A stretch of 64,000 nt of DNA, taken from NCBI GenBank assembly GCA_001661245.1, contig KV454011.1, positions 2,344,987-2,408,986 on the forward strand, given 5' to 3'. Shown here piece after piece: positions 11,492 through 24,500 of this stretch. The notes below the pieces were generated by a model. The model worked only from the letters and a program-made list of their open reading frames with translations, was not told the DNA's origin and did no database searches. The stretch comes from Pachysolen tannophilus NRRL Y-2460. Lineage: Eukaryota. Position numbers and translations under genes: made by a program. Position 1 is the first letter of the stretch. Every line of letters begins with the position of its first letter.

Positions 11492-12574
11492 ATGGCTCTT
11501 ACTGATGTTTTAAAGAGAAAGACAGGTGTCATAGTTGGTGACGATGTCAAAAATTTATTTTTATATGCTCAAGAAAAGGGCTTTGCCATTCCGGCCATTA
11601 ATGTTACTTCATCTTCAACTGCTGTTGCAGCATTAGAAGCTGCTAGAGACCACAAGGCACCAATTATTCTTCAAGTTTCCAATGGTGGTGCTGCTTACTT
11701 TGCCGGTAAAGGTATTGACAATAAGCAACAACATGGTTCAATTGGTGGTGCCATTGCTGCTGCTCACTATATTAGATCAGTTGCTCCACTTTATGGTATT
11801 CCAGTTGTTTTACATTCTGATCATTGTGCCAAGAAATTATTGCCATGGTTTGATGGTATGTTAGAAGCTGATGAAGCTTATTATAAATTACATAAGGAAC
11901 CATTATTTTCATCTCATATGTTGGATTTATCTGAAGAAACAGATGATGAGAATATTGCTACATGTGTTAAATATTTCGAAAGAATGACCAAGATGGACCA
12001 ATGGTTAGAAATGGAAATTGGTATCACTGGTGGTGAAGAAGATGGTGTTAACAATGAACATGTTCAAAAAGAATCATTGTATACTTTACCACAAACTGTC
12101 TTCAATGTTTATAAAGCATTGCTGCCAATCTCACCAAATTTCTCCATTGCTGCTGCTTTTGGTAATGTTCACGGTGTTTACAAACCAGGAAATGTTGTCT
12201 TGAAACCATCTATCTTGGGTGAACATCAACAATATGCTAGAGAACAATTGGGTACAAGTGCTAAACATCCAATATTTTTAGTTTTCCATGGTGGTTCAGG
12301 TTCTTCTCAAGAAGAATATGATATTGCCATTAAGAATGGTGTTGTTAAAGTCAACTTGGATACCGATTGTCAATTTGCATACTTGAAAGGTATTAGAGAT
12401 TATGTCTTGAATAAAAAAGATTACATCATGACAATGGTTGGTAACCCAGATGGAAAAGATAAGCCAAACAAGAAATTCTTTGATCCTCGTGTCTGGGTTA
12501 GAGAAGGTGAAAAGACCATGACTGCCAGAATCGTGGAAGCATTACACGTTTTCCACACAGAAAACCAAGTTTAA
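11492..12574 (+). CDS. FBA1: Class II fructose-bisphosphate aldolase
   Basis: FAIPAINV, LHSDHCAKKLLPW, FGNVHG, FHGGSG, VKVNLDTD. Confidence 0.98.
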   Translation: MALTDVLKRKTGVIVGDDVKNLFLYAQEKGFAIPAINVTSSSTAVAALEAARDHKAPIILQVSNGGAAYFAGKGIDNKQQHGSIGGAIAAAHYIRSVAPLYGIPVVLHSDHCAKKLLPWFDGMLEADEAYYKLHKEPLFSSHMLDLSEETDDENIATCVKYFERMTKMDQWLEMEIGITGGEEDGVNNEHVQKESLYTLPQTVFNVYKALLPISPNFSIAAAFGNVHGVYKPGNVVLKPSILGEHQQYAREQLGTSAKHPIFLVFHGGSGSSQEEYDIAIKNGVVKVNLDTDCQFAYLKGIRDYVLNKKDYIMTMVGNPDGKDKPNKKFFDPRVWVREGEKTMTARIVEALHVFHTENQV

Positions 12575-13023
12575 AAAAAATCTTTTATATAAAGAAGAAG
12601 AAAAAAAAATCCTATCTTATAATAATGAAATGATGTATGATGTTTGTATATGATGGTGTAAAATGTGGTGTGGGATGTAACTTGAAATTATTGATGCGAA
12701 GAAGGAAGGTGTAAAGTAGGTGCAGGATGTAATGCAGGGTGTTTCCATTTTAGTTTCATCTCTCGAATTATCACACCACTAGTGGTGTGAGGTGAGATAC
12801 GAGGTGCAGGATGTGGTGTATGTGGTGTAGTGTGTACTTTTGATTTTTTTTGTTTTGTTTTGTTTTGTTTTCCCTTTTTCTGGTTTCGCACTTACCCTGA
12901 TTTTCCGAACTCTTTTTCCGAACTTTTTTTCTTTTTTTTTTTCAGCAATTTTTTTGAGTTTTGTCAGACGACTTTTTTATATTTTTCGAAAATTTTTTTT
13001 TTTTTTTTTTTTTTTTAAACCAA

Positions 13024-13573
13024 NNNNNNNNNNNNNNNNNNNNNNNNNNNNNNNNNNNNNNNNNNNNNNNNNNNNNNNNNNNNNNNNNNNNNNNNNNNNN
13101 NNNNNNNNNNNNNNNNNNNNNNNNNNNNNNNNNNNNNNNNNNNNNNNNNNNNNNNNNNNNNNNNNNNNNNNNNNNNNNNNNNNNNNNNNNNNNNNNNNNN
13201 NNNNNNNNNNNNNNNNNNNNNNNNNNNNNNNNNNNNNNNNNNNNNNNNNNNNNNNNNNNNNNNNNNNNNNNNNNNNNNNNNNNNNNNNNNNNNNNNNNNN
13301 NNNNNNNNNNNNNNNNNNNNNNNNNNNNNNNNNNNNNNNNNNNNNNNNNNNNNNNNNNNNNNNNNNNNNNNNNNNNNNNNNNNNNNNNNNNNNNNNNNNN
13401 NNNNNNNNNNNNNNNNNNNNNNNNNNNNNNNNNNNNNNNNNNNNNNNNNNNNNNNNNNNNNNNNNNNNNNNNNNNNNNNNNNNNNNNNNNNNNNNNNNNN
13501 NNNNNNNNNNNNNNNNNNNNNNNNNNNNNNNNNNNNNNNNNNNNNNNNNNNNNNNNNNNNNNNNNNNNNNNNN
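13024..13573. other. Assembly gap (550 N)
   Basis: Run of n flanked by long poly-T/poly-A tracts. Confidence 1.
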
Positions 13574-13723
13574 GATTTTTTTGTCATTAAAGAAAAATAA
13601 TTTCAAGAATCAAAAAGTAAGAAAAAAAAAAAAAATTAAGAAGGACAAATTATTGAGAAAGAAATTTATCGAGCAAAACTAAAAAAAAAAGAACCTGATA
13701 TCTATATATATATATGATAAATA

Positions 13724-16237
13724 ATGTCAACAGAAACTAATATACAAACAGCACCATTTAACAAGCCTACTAGGAAAACTGGTGGTGGAACTAGTGGCGG
13801 TCCATTTCGTAATTATTCCAAGAGATTTAATTCATCATCGTCGAAAATACCATCAGAATTAAAGACCAAATTGAATACACTTACTGAGTTATTTCCAGAT
13901 TGGACTCAGGATGATTTGGTTACAGTTTTACAAGAGTATGCTAATGAAGATTTAGATGTTATTATTGATTTGATTATTCAAGGTAAGATTCATAAATGGG
14001 AATCTGATTCTGGTAAGAAAGAAAAAAAGAAGAAAGAAATTGAACAACAGCAGTCTTCCTCTTCTTCTTCTGCTGCTGCTGCTTCTGCTATAAACGGTGG
14101 TCTGTCGTCTAGTTCACTGGAACATCAACAACATCAACAACAACCGTCTTCATCATCATCACAACAATCTTCTCATCATCAACAACAGCCGCTGACGAGT
14201 AGTGGAAATAATATCAACAGCAACAATAGCAGTACAGTGCACCAGGGTAAAAGAGACTTTAAACAAAAGTCCAATGTGAATAAATCTACAAATTTCAAAA
14301 GGGCAAGAGAGCAGGCTCATCAGTCATCAACTCCATCACTGCCACTGTCAACAGGTAAAACATCTTGGGCTTCTGCCTTGAGTTCGTCAGCTTCTACTAA
14401 ACCACAACAACATCAACAACAATCAACAGAAATAAAATCTAAAGATCAAACAGAAGAAGATAAAGAACAAAATGGAAAAAAACAAGAAGAACAAGTAGTA
14501 GAACAACAACAGCATGAGGAGGTTAATGATAATGACAAACAACAACAACAACAACAACAACAAGAGCAACAAGAGCAACACCAACAGCACCATGTTGTAC
14601 TTGAAGAAGAAAAAGATATATCGACTACAGACATTAAGAAACCAGAATTAATTCCAGCAGCTATTCCAAAACCAAAGACACAATCATGGGCCTCTGTTGC
14701 TGCTCCAAAAAAGAAGGTTGCTCCAAAGAAGCCAGAAGAAGCAATTACAGAACAAAAATCTACCGTTTATGAATCACCAGCTCCTGTAGAAAATCAAACT
14801 GAAAACGTTACAGAGATTACTACTAATGTTACCACTGATGAACAAGTTGGATTACAATCTACTTCTTCTCAATCAAGATTCCAAAGAAAATTAAACCAAG
14901 ATACACCTGTTGTTTTACCATCTTCTGCCAATCAGGTATCATCCATTGGTGGTATTTCATTTGGTTCCTTATCTTTAGAAGATAAAGAGCCAGTTCAAGT
15001 TCAAACTTCACAGCAACAGGATCATCAAATACAACAACAACCACAAGCTCAGCAGCAACAAAATATTTCAAACTCGCAAGTTGGCTCAGGTGTTCAGCAA
15101 CAACAACCTCAACAATCCATTATTTCTCAGCAACAACAACCACAACCACAACAACAGCCACAACAACAACCACAACCGCAACAACCACAACAACAACAGC
15201 CTCAGCAGCATCAACAACCACAACAACATCAACAACATCAACAACAACAGCAACCACAGCAACAACCTCAACAACAAAGACCTTACTATAACAGTCGTTA
15301 CAACAACCAGTACTCCAATCAGTACTACAACCAACAGGCTCAACCTCAATTTCAACAACAAGGTCAAACACCTGCTCAACAGCAACAATACCAGCAGCAA
15401 CAGCAACAACTGCAGCAACAGCAAAAGTTATATGACAACTACTATGGGGGCTACCAATCTCATCCAGCTTACAACAATGTTAGTGGATACCCGGGTGTAG
15501 AGTATGCTAATTCATCATTCCAGAATAACTACTTGCAATCCCAACAACTGAGAGGACAGCAGCCACAACCACAATCAAATGCGGGAACTGCTAACACTTC
15601 TGCTTCTACTGCTGCTCAGCAACAACAAGCCCAACAGCAACAGCAACCTCAAAACGGTTCATATGATCAACACCAAATCCCGCAACAAGGTCAACAACAG
15701 GCTTCTCTGCAAGTTCCACAACAGCAATATGGTTTAGCTCCACAAGTTCCAAGTATTCCAATTGGTTCAGGTGCTCCAGATATTTCAGGTGCTTCACCAG
15801 CTGCTGCAAACAGTATTCCAATCACAACTCCAGGTGCTGCTAACAGTAATGTTAACCCAGCTTATGCCCAATTTTATGGTGCAGCAGCAGCAGGTTTCAA
15901 TCCTTATTACTACTACTATCAACAACCTCAACAACCATTTTACAACAACTACCAACAGAACCAACAACATCAAGGTTATCAAAACCAATTGAAGCAGTAC
16001 TATAGTCAACAACACCAACAACAACTTTCCCAACAGCCTCAAGTTCAGCCACAGGCTACTCAACAAGCTAGTCAAGATGAACAAGCAAACGGAAGTGCTA
16101 ATGGTACAGCAACTTCAGCAACTGATCAATCTCAGGGTAATCCTGCAATTCCCCCATACTATGGTCAGCCAAGTCCTTACGGAGCTTATGCAAACTATGG
16201 AAATGGTGCTGTTGATACTACAAAAGGTTTTTATTAA
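13724..16237 (+). CDS. DEF1: RNA Pol II degradation factor Def1 (CUE domain plus Q-rich low-complexity region)
   Basis: N-terminal CUE LTELFPDWTQDDLVTVLQE, SWAS motifs, polyQ, C-terminal GFY; near FBA1 as in S. cerevisiae. Confidence 0.88.
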   Translation: MSTETNIQTAPFNKPTRKTGGGTSGGPFRNYSKRFNSSSSKIPSELKTKLNTLTELFPDWTQDDLVTVLQEYANEDLDVIIDLIIQGKIHKWESDSGKKEKKKKEIEQQQSSSSSSAAAASAINGGLSSSSLEHQQHQQQPSSSSSQQSSHHQQQPLTSSGNNINSNNSSTVHQGKRDFKQKSNVNKSTNFKRAREQAHQSSTPSLPLSTGKTSWASALSSSASTKPQQHQQQSTEIKSKDQTEEDKEQNGKKQEEQVVEQQQHEEVNDNDKQQQQQQQQEQQEQHQQHHVVLEEEKDISTTDIKKPELIPAAIPKPKTQSWASVAAPKKKVAPKKPEEAITEQKSTVYESPAPVENQTENVTEITTNVTTDEQVGLQSTSSQSRFQRKLNQDTPVVLPSSANQVSSIGGISFGSLSLEDKEPVQVQTSQQQDHQIQQQPQAQQQQNISNSQVGSGVQQQQPQQSIISQQQQPQPQQQPQQQPQPQQPQQQQPQQHQQPQQHQQHQQQQQPQQQPQQQRPYYNSRYNNQYSNQYYNQQAQPQFQQQGQTPAQQQQYQQQQQQLQQQQKLYDNYYGGYQSHPAYNNVSGYPGVEYANSSFQNNYLQSQQLRGQQPQPQSNAGTANTSASTAAQQQQAQQQQQPQNGSYDQHQIPQQGQQQASLQVPQQQYGLAPQVPSIPIGSGAPDISGASPAAANSIPITTPGAANSNVNPAYAQFYGAAAAGFNPYYYYYQQPQQPFYNNYQQNQQHQGYQNQLKQYYSQQHQQQLSQQPQVQPQATQQASQDEQANGSANGTATSATDQSQGNPAIPPYYGQPSPYGAYANYGNGAVDTTKGFY

Positions 16238-16668
16238 ATTAGAACAGTTTTCTGAAGTGATAAACTTTATTGTATGAGGTCAAATGTTTGAAGTTAATGC
16301 CAAGTTAGTTACGTCTTGTTCTGCAAAGTTTTTTTTATGATTATATTTTCATTTTAGTTTCTTTTCCTACTTTATTTTGGGTTGCTGAAATTTTTGTAAC
16401 TTTTTTTTTATTTTTTTTCTTGTTATAATAAAATTTAAGAATCGAAATTATTATTGAATCTGTCTTGTAATCACTAGATCTCTGATTGAACCTAATCTTT
16501 GATGTGTTGATGTAGACAAATGGATTGTCTGAATTTTATTTTATTTTTTTTTTTTTTTTTTTTCTATTTAAAAATGAAATATTTAAATATATTAAGAACT
16601 TTTACAATAGATAATTCACAATCATTACTAAGTTACACAGAAAAAAACAAGAAAAAAAACTAAATCTA

Positions 16669-19600
16669 TTAGTTTGAATCAACTTTCATCCTTTTAGCGT
16701 CTCTCCCATTATTCTCAGGATGATTATTTAAATCAGCATTATCTTCGTCTTCAACTTCATCCTCTTCCTCCCCAACGACGGCAGAAGCCGGGCTTTCATC
16801 TTCTTTATCATCTGTTTTCTTTTTGAAATTTATTTTTCTTTTCAAATAGTCTGCACCTTCGAATTCTCTAGCGATAGCCAACAACAACGTCTGACATCTT
16901 CTGGATAACTCCAATGGACTTCTTGACAAGAAAAACCAGTCAAATTTGAATAACTCATTAGTAGAAATATCCTGTTTAATTAATTTAAACAACTTTTCTC
17001 TTCTCAACCCATACTTATCGGTTTGCAATAATATGAATCTATCTTCTAAATCGGTGTACATTTTCTTCGAACTGTTTGCAGAATACTTCAAAGTTAACTC
17101 TCTCAATGGATCATTATACTTCTTGATTTTTTTACTCAATAAGTCTTGCTGGTGAAGTAATTTCGAAATTTTCTCTTCACCTGCTTCTATTTGCTGAATG
17201 TAACGTTCATGCCCCTCGATCTCAGGATATCTTTGCCAAAAAACCTTGGAATATTCGCTAACTTCTTCAGCAGTTTTTGATTTCATTTCCTTTGCAATTT
17301 CCCTGTAGCTTGTTCTACCATATTTAGCAGCAAGCTGAATAAAATGAGTAAATTCCCTTTTGTTCCAATTACCAAAACCTTGCTTCAAATATTCTTCCTT
17401 CAACTTAATCTCTTCCTCAGTTAAATCAACAACATTTTTAATCTTATCTTGTTCTCTCTTCCTTCTTGTTTCCCTGGACTCTCTTTCATCATCAGATTCT
17501 AGCAAATCCTCATCACTATCACCTATTTCTGACATGGACACCTTATAATTAGTTTTTTTCTTATATGATAACTGTTCTCTATCTAATAAACCTTGTAAAT
17601 CTTTTGGATAAAATTGATGGTCATAAAGATGGTAATTTTTAGGTGTTCTTGGGAATTTGGGTGTTGGTGTGGACTTTGTAGATTCCATTACATCTTTATA
17701 ATAGTTGTCAATAGAATAAGTTTGTTCTTTTCTTTCTCTCTTTGACGGATTTATCCACTGAAAGTTTTTGTCATGCAGTTTTTTCGCAAAATTCTCACCA
17801 TTCCATTCATAGGCAGATGTTGATTCAGATGTGAAGTTTTGCAAATCATCTAATCCTAACTTTGAAAATTTAGCATTTAAATTTTTAGTCTTTTCTTCAC
17901 CTCTTGATAAAATTGAATCTATATCGTCGTCCATCATTGATGAGCCATTAGAGGTTTCGAAAACCTTTTGAGCACCATGTTGTATCATTTCAATCAAATC
18001 ATCCTTATTATTTCCAATACTGCTATTTTTATTGATATTAGCTCTACCTTGTTGTATAACCAATTGGTCTAATCTTAATTTTTGAGCTGCTCTTTCTAAA
18101 ACTTTTTCTTCAATGGCATTTTCAGTAACAAATCTATACACACAAACTTGTTTCTTCTGTCCAATTCTATGAGCTCTATCCATAGCTTGTAAATCAGCCT
18201 GAGGATTCCAGTCAGAATCGTATAAGACAACTATATCTGCTGTGGTAAGATTAATACCCAAACCACCAGCTCTTGTAGTCAATAGAAATATAAATTTGTC
18301 ACTATCTGGTTTATTATAATCATCAATTGCTTGTATACGATCTTCATGTGATGTTGATCCATCAATACGACAATATTTATAATCTCTGAAATAACAATAG
18401 TCTTCCAAAATATCTAATAATCGACTCATTTGAGAAAAAATTAAAACTCTTGAACCTTGTTCTTTCATTCTTTTCAACAATTTATCCAATATAATCATTT
18501 TTCCGGCATTATAAACTAAATGTTCATCAGTTGTATAAGGTGGTCCTGGTTCTGCACCTTCAAATAAATATGGATGATTACAACATTTTCTCAATTGCAT
18601 CACAATATTCAATAATCTTGTTTTACCTTCTCTTTTGCCCACAACACCATTAACGGCATCTATATCTTTCTCTAATAAATTCTTATACCATTTCAATTGC
18701 ATTTCAGTCATTCCAATATAAAGGTTAACTTCTTTTTTAGGTAATAAAGATTTTTCAACATCAGCTTTAACTCTACGTAATAAGAATGGTGATAATACTT
18801 TATGTAATTGTTTCACCACCAAATCCTGATCAGATTCTTGAGTTTCAAACCATTGATCAAATGCAGAGCTATCACCAAATACATCTGGTAATAGAAAATT
18901 AAGTAAGGCCCATAGTTCATGTAAATTATTTTGTAAAGGTGTACCTGTTATTAACAATCTATTTCTTGAATAAAATAATCTTATAATTTGTGATAAAGCG
19001 CTTTCTTCATTTTTAATTCTATGTGCTTCATCTACAATAACGTATTGCCATTTAATTTTTGCCAATTTTGATTTTTCTCTTATAACCATTTCAAAAGATG
19101 TTACGCAAACATCAAATTGCAGTTGTAATAAAATATTAGAAATAAGATCATTTCTATCATCTTTTGTTCCTTGTAAAACCAAGACATTAACATCTGGTGT
19201 CCATTTAGCAAACTCTCTTCTCCAATTATCTAAAGTTGATTTTGGTACTATTATAATAAAAGGACCATCGATTCCTTTTGAATATCTAAGATAACCCAAG
19301 AAAGATATAGTTTGAAGAGTTTTCCCCAAACCCATTTCATCTGCCAAGATCCCAGATAAACAATTATCATATAATGAAATTAACCAATTAAGACCTTGAA
19401 TTTGATAATCTCTCAAAGTACCATGAACAAAAGAAGGAGATTCAGTTATTACCGTTGTTTCTTCTTCATATTCTTCATCATGTATTAATTCTGCATCTTC
19501 TTCCTTTTCAGTTTTTCTACGACGATTTGTTTGTTTTAATATTGTTGATGCAATTTTTTTAGGTTTACCTCTTTTCAGTGATGAAATTCCATTACTATTA

Positions 19601-19899
19601 TCTGCCTCTATATCAATTGTTTTCACTATTTTTTGTAAATTTTTATCTTTTTGAATTGATATTTCAATAAAATGACGAAATAAATCAGTTAAAGTTAACA
19701 AGAATTTAAACCTTCTTTTTGCATCATCATATCCATCATTAATTCTCTCTTGCTTAGCATCTGTTTTCAATAAAAACCTTGCTTTCCTTTCTTCCAATGT
19801 TTCATCTGGATACAACGGTTTGGTCTATATCAATAATCATTTTCAAATCATGTTAGTATCCTTTCTGCATGCAGATTTATTAAAATAAATACTTACCAT
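16669..19899 (-). CDS. ISW2: ISWI chromatin-remodelling ATPase; exon 1 is the ATG only (19899-19897), exon 2 is 19824-16669
   Basis: SNF2 motifs [43 protein letters not shown] is Isw2-type; intron 19825-19896 (GTAAGT / TACTAAC / TAG). Confidence 0.9.
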
Positions 19900-20988
19900 T
19901 TCCAAAATAGCGCTTTTGAAAAAAAAATTTTAATAGATCTAAGTAACGCCAACGCCAACGCCAATAATAATAATAATAATAATAATTTCAATAACAAGAA
20001 CAAGCAACAAATAAAATGAAAAATGAAAATGAAAATGAAAACTTAAACGTATAATATTAAATAGATCTCTCTTTCTCTTCTTTACTATTATCGTTCGTAC
20101 TCAATAGATGCGGCTTCTTATATATGATTTATAACGGGTCCTTAAATAACAACGATTCCACACTCAAAGTTCTAACCAACTCTAACTCCAATATCAAAAT
20201 CCTTTATTTCTTCAAAATAAAAAATAAAAAATTGAATTACTATCAAATCTTTTCTTCTTCTTCCTGAAGTTGCCTTCTTGGTTTTTTTTTTCTTCCATCT
20301 GAATTGAAATTAACCAAATTTTTTTCTTCTTTTAAAAGAAAAGAAAAAAAAAAAAAAAAAAACAATAGAAAACTGGGCCTTGAAAAACCGGAAATTAGTA
20401 TACGTCCGGTAACAGGAAGTCTGTTTGTTATGCGAGGGTTCCGCGGTCCAGTTAACAAAGGGGTCGGTTTGTGCTTCCGATAGTCGGTTTACTTTGTTTT
20501 GCCTGCTCTTAAAAAAAAAAAAATTTTTTTTTTTTTTTCTTTCTTTCTTTCTTTTAATCTGTCGCTAACGTTTTAACTATTGTGTAAAGTTTTTTTTTTT
20601 CTCTTAGCCAAAACGTACGATTTACAAAGGCTCGCATTGCATATAATCTAAGTAGTGCATCAGAAAAGCAATACTTCCTAAAGAGGAATTTTTTCTTATT
20701 TTTTTTATGTTTTTTTATTTTTTGCACTTTTGAACATTTTTTTTTCCGTTTTAGTTCAATTTATTATTTTCTTCTCTGTTTTGATTACTTAATTAGGCAA
20801 GTCCCGTTTTTGTTTCCAACCTGAAGTATTGCCAAAACAGGAAAAGTACCGAGAAAGTATACTGCTAAGACAAAAGTACTTAGTTAAAAACAGCATATAG
20901 TGAGTGTAATTAGTATGGTTTGGTGCAAAAAAAAAAATTGAAGTGTGGATGGCCATGAGATTGCTATGATTCTGCGTTACGGTCTTAG

Positions 20989-21387
20989 ATGTCAAGACAT
21001 TCAAGAGAAGAGACGTTAAGTTTTTACTATGCTGTTTATCAAGAGGTTCAATTGATACCCTATGGTAAAATCACGTCATATGGACATATTGCTAAGCTTA
21101 TCAGTAGGCCTTTAAATTCGAGACAAGTTGGACAAGCATTAAAAATTCTAAATCATTTTAATAGTGGTGAAGAAAATGTACTTTATAATACTAATAATGT
21201 TCCCTGGTGGAGAGTTGTAAATTACAAAGGAATGATTTCACCAAGGGAAAATGGTGGAATGTTGGCCCAAAAACTGAAATTAGAAGAAGAAGGTGTTGTT
21301 GTAGCTGAATATGAAGATGGAAGTCTTGGTATTGATGATAGTGGTACTACTACTATATGGTGGTTACCACCAACTGAGTTTGATTAA
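20989..21387 (+). CDS. ATL1: Alkyltransferase-like protein (MGMT DNA-binding fold, non-catalytic)
   Basis: IPYGKITSYGHIA, RQVG, and VPWWRVVN with Trp in place of the catalytic Cys of PCHR. Confidence 0.85.
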   Translation: MSRHSREETLSFYYAVYQEVQLIPYGKITSYGHIAKLISRPLNSRQVGQALKILNHFNSGEENVLYNTNNVPWWRVVNYKGMISPRENGGMLAQKLKLEEEGVVVAEYEDGSLGIDDSGTTTIWWLPPTEFD

Positions 21388-21501
21388 ATATAAAATTATT
21401 AAAAGTTTTAATTTTTTAATGTTTTCGAAAAAAGTATTACAAGAGATTAACTCAACTCCATATATATATATATATATATATGCATATATATAATAAATAG
21501 T

Positions 21502-24500
21502 TTATTTTTTTTTAGCTCCTTTGGTGTCCGATCCATTCTTACTTGTCCTTTTATTATTACCATTTTTATTATTTAAATTCCTTCTTCCCTTATGATTAGA
21601 ACTGCTAGATGGTTCTTCATTCATAATCTTGATTTGCTTTTGATACTTTATGGATTCTTCTAAAAACCATTTTTCAAATTCTTCCTCTTTTTGTATCTCT
21701 AATAATGACTTGGTATTACTAGATTTCCTTACTTTTTCTTCAATTTTATGATTTTCTTCATACATAATTTCCGATAACGATGGTGTTGCAGACATAACTT
21801 CACTGGAAGGCAAAGTCGCAACAGACTTTGGTGATTTCTTCTTTGTAGCAAAAACCAGTTGTTTCTGGAAAGTATCAGCCGCCGGTAAAACTGCATCCGC
21901 AAAAGTAGGCATCAATGAAACGAGATTTGATGAACTGGAGTTGGAACTCGACAGACCTGATACACCCCATGCATTATTAGTAACATAATTACCATTACCG
22001 TTACCATTATTATTATTATTGTTATTATTATTACTATTATTAGTATTATTATTGCCGTTAGAAAGACTAAATGGATAATCAGTATTCAATTTTTCCAAAT
22101 CAAGATTTCTTTTTTTCCTTTCCTTTTGTGATATACGTGGAGTTGAAAAGAAAACTTTTTGTTTCGGCTTTTGCTGAGAAGAATCAAAAGTTGTAGGACT
22201 AGTACCTGACAAAATAGGTAAAGCCTCAACTTTCTTCAATGAAGGAGAATTTTCTCGTGAACTAAAACCATCATCAAAAAATAAAGAAACATTGCCAACA
22301 GACCTCCTTGAAGCCGACGAAATATTTATAGGAGCTGTTTTCATTTTAAAGTCTAAAGATGAAACAGAAGTATCCAAATTACTTGCTCTTCTCTCCTTAG
22401 GCTTTTTCAAATCCTCAACAGAGTGATCAGCATGGTTGTTCTTAGACGGTAAATTGTAAAGAGTTTTTTTAGATGAGGACCTTCTTCTCCTATTATTCAC
22501 AACAGGAACAAATCCATCCTCTTCATTTTCATCTGAAACAGCAGATTCAATATCTTTCCTTGGAGTTCCCATCACATTTCCTTTTACTTCCGCGATATCC
22601 TTTTTAACTAACCCCGACCCTGGAATCAGTGTGTGTGTCTCTCCATCAACTATCTTCCTTGCTGAAATACTATTTTCCAGCTTCTTCATCGAGTTAGAAC
22701 CAGCATTTTCCTTTTTCGATTGAATAGGAGGATTATTTTTCAATTTTTCAAAAATAGGTTCAAATTTTTTCTCTGGATCCGTGGATTCTATCAAATTTAA
22801 ATTATATTTATCCAAATCGTAAATAAATTCCTTGAGTAAAACATCAGAATTTCTCTCAAAAAAACTTCTACCATTTTTTAAATTTGAATTTCTTCTTTCA
22901 GATTTCAATGTCTTAAACCATTTTAATCCATAGTCAACTTTATTCAATAAATCATGATCTGATTCATTTATTAACTCTGCGAATTCGCTATTAAATAATA
23001 AATTATCAATATTACAATAGATGAAAAATAAACAATTTTCCATTAACTTTTGACAATCTAGGGTATAAGAATGTTGTAATAAAATCAATACATTTTCTGA
23101 ATTGATAAAATCCTTAACTGCTAGTTCCAAGAAATCTTTTAATTCAAACAAAAGTAATTCATTTGCAGCATCAATACATAATAATACAAAGTTGATAAAG
23201 TCTGCAACTGTACTGAAATCTTTCTCTCCAATGTTGCCATCAAACAATTCAAACATATTGTATCCATAGATGTATTTTAACATCACCATGAAAACATCTT
23301 TTTGCATATGCTTTAAAAATATTTCTTTTAATCTGAACTTCGATTTTCTACTAGGATACCAATTATCACTTAATGCAATCTCAAAATATGAGCTTCTAGA
23401 TACTAAAATAGATGAATGACAGTATACAGCCTCATCGTCTATCAAATAAATAACAGTATCATTATTTGGATTTTCCTCATTTACACTTAATAATCCATTA
23501 AAGCACTTGGTTAAAGTCTTTTTATGTTCTGCATTATTAAAGTTGAAATTTGAAACATTTAAAAACGTTGCCAAATTCTGGAAACTCTTCTTAATAATTG
23601 ATACTTTCTCTGAAGTGAGAGAGTCCGACATATACTTATCCCAAGTGCAAATAAAATCATCTGTATATAAGTGACAAAGCATTATTAGTACAGATCTCAC
23701 ATCAAAGGCATCTAAATAGATTTCATTCTTACCAACATCTATGGACATAGAGTAATCTTTTGTGTCAATTTTTTCCACAACTGGTTCCTTTGTGATGAAA
23801 AGTTTCTTAAAAACGGATGATCTGGATGATAAGATAAATTTATGTACAGGTATCCTGAATCCTTCCTTTTCAAGTGAATCTTTGTTTAAAATCAAAAAAA
23901 AATCATACTTCTTAATACTGGCATCAGATCTCAGCCACACATAATGTTGTAACCCATCATCATCTAAGAAAAGATAAGTGCAAAATTCATCGTACTTTTT
24001 GATTTCATAAATTCTTGAGAATTTGAGTTCTTCATGAGGTAACCATCTTCCTTTATACTTGTTATAATAGAGATCATGAAATTTATCATTAGTAGAAGAA
24101 ATCAGAATTGAAGACTCAAGATAATCATTATCAAGTTTATGATAAAAAAATTCCTCTTCTTCACCATGTAATTCAGTTTTGTGAACAAAATTACATATTA
24201 AATATTTGTCATTATTATCATCTATTTCCTCTCTAAGCACCTGTAATTTTTTCCTTTCTGTTCCTTGTGGACTATCAATAAGCGGTGATAAAAAGGACAT
24301 GTCGTCTAAGAATTGATTCTTCAACAATTTGTGAGGAAGTAAATCGAGATCATCTTTAATGAATCCAAATGTAGCGAACAAAGGGTCTGCGAAAACTTTA
24401 ACGATATTATTCAATTTCAACACTTTTTGGAATTTATATTCTTTTTTACCTCTTGAAACATTACCTACAGATGATAATGAAGCGGTCACGGAATTTAATG

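Noticed and set aside
12840..13682. ORFs spanning the N run
   Set aside because: Artefacts of the assembly gap.
14446..16084. Poly-Leu/Val/Cys/Asn ORFs overlapping DEF1
   Set aside because: Shadow frames of CAA/CAG repeats.
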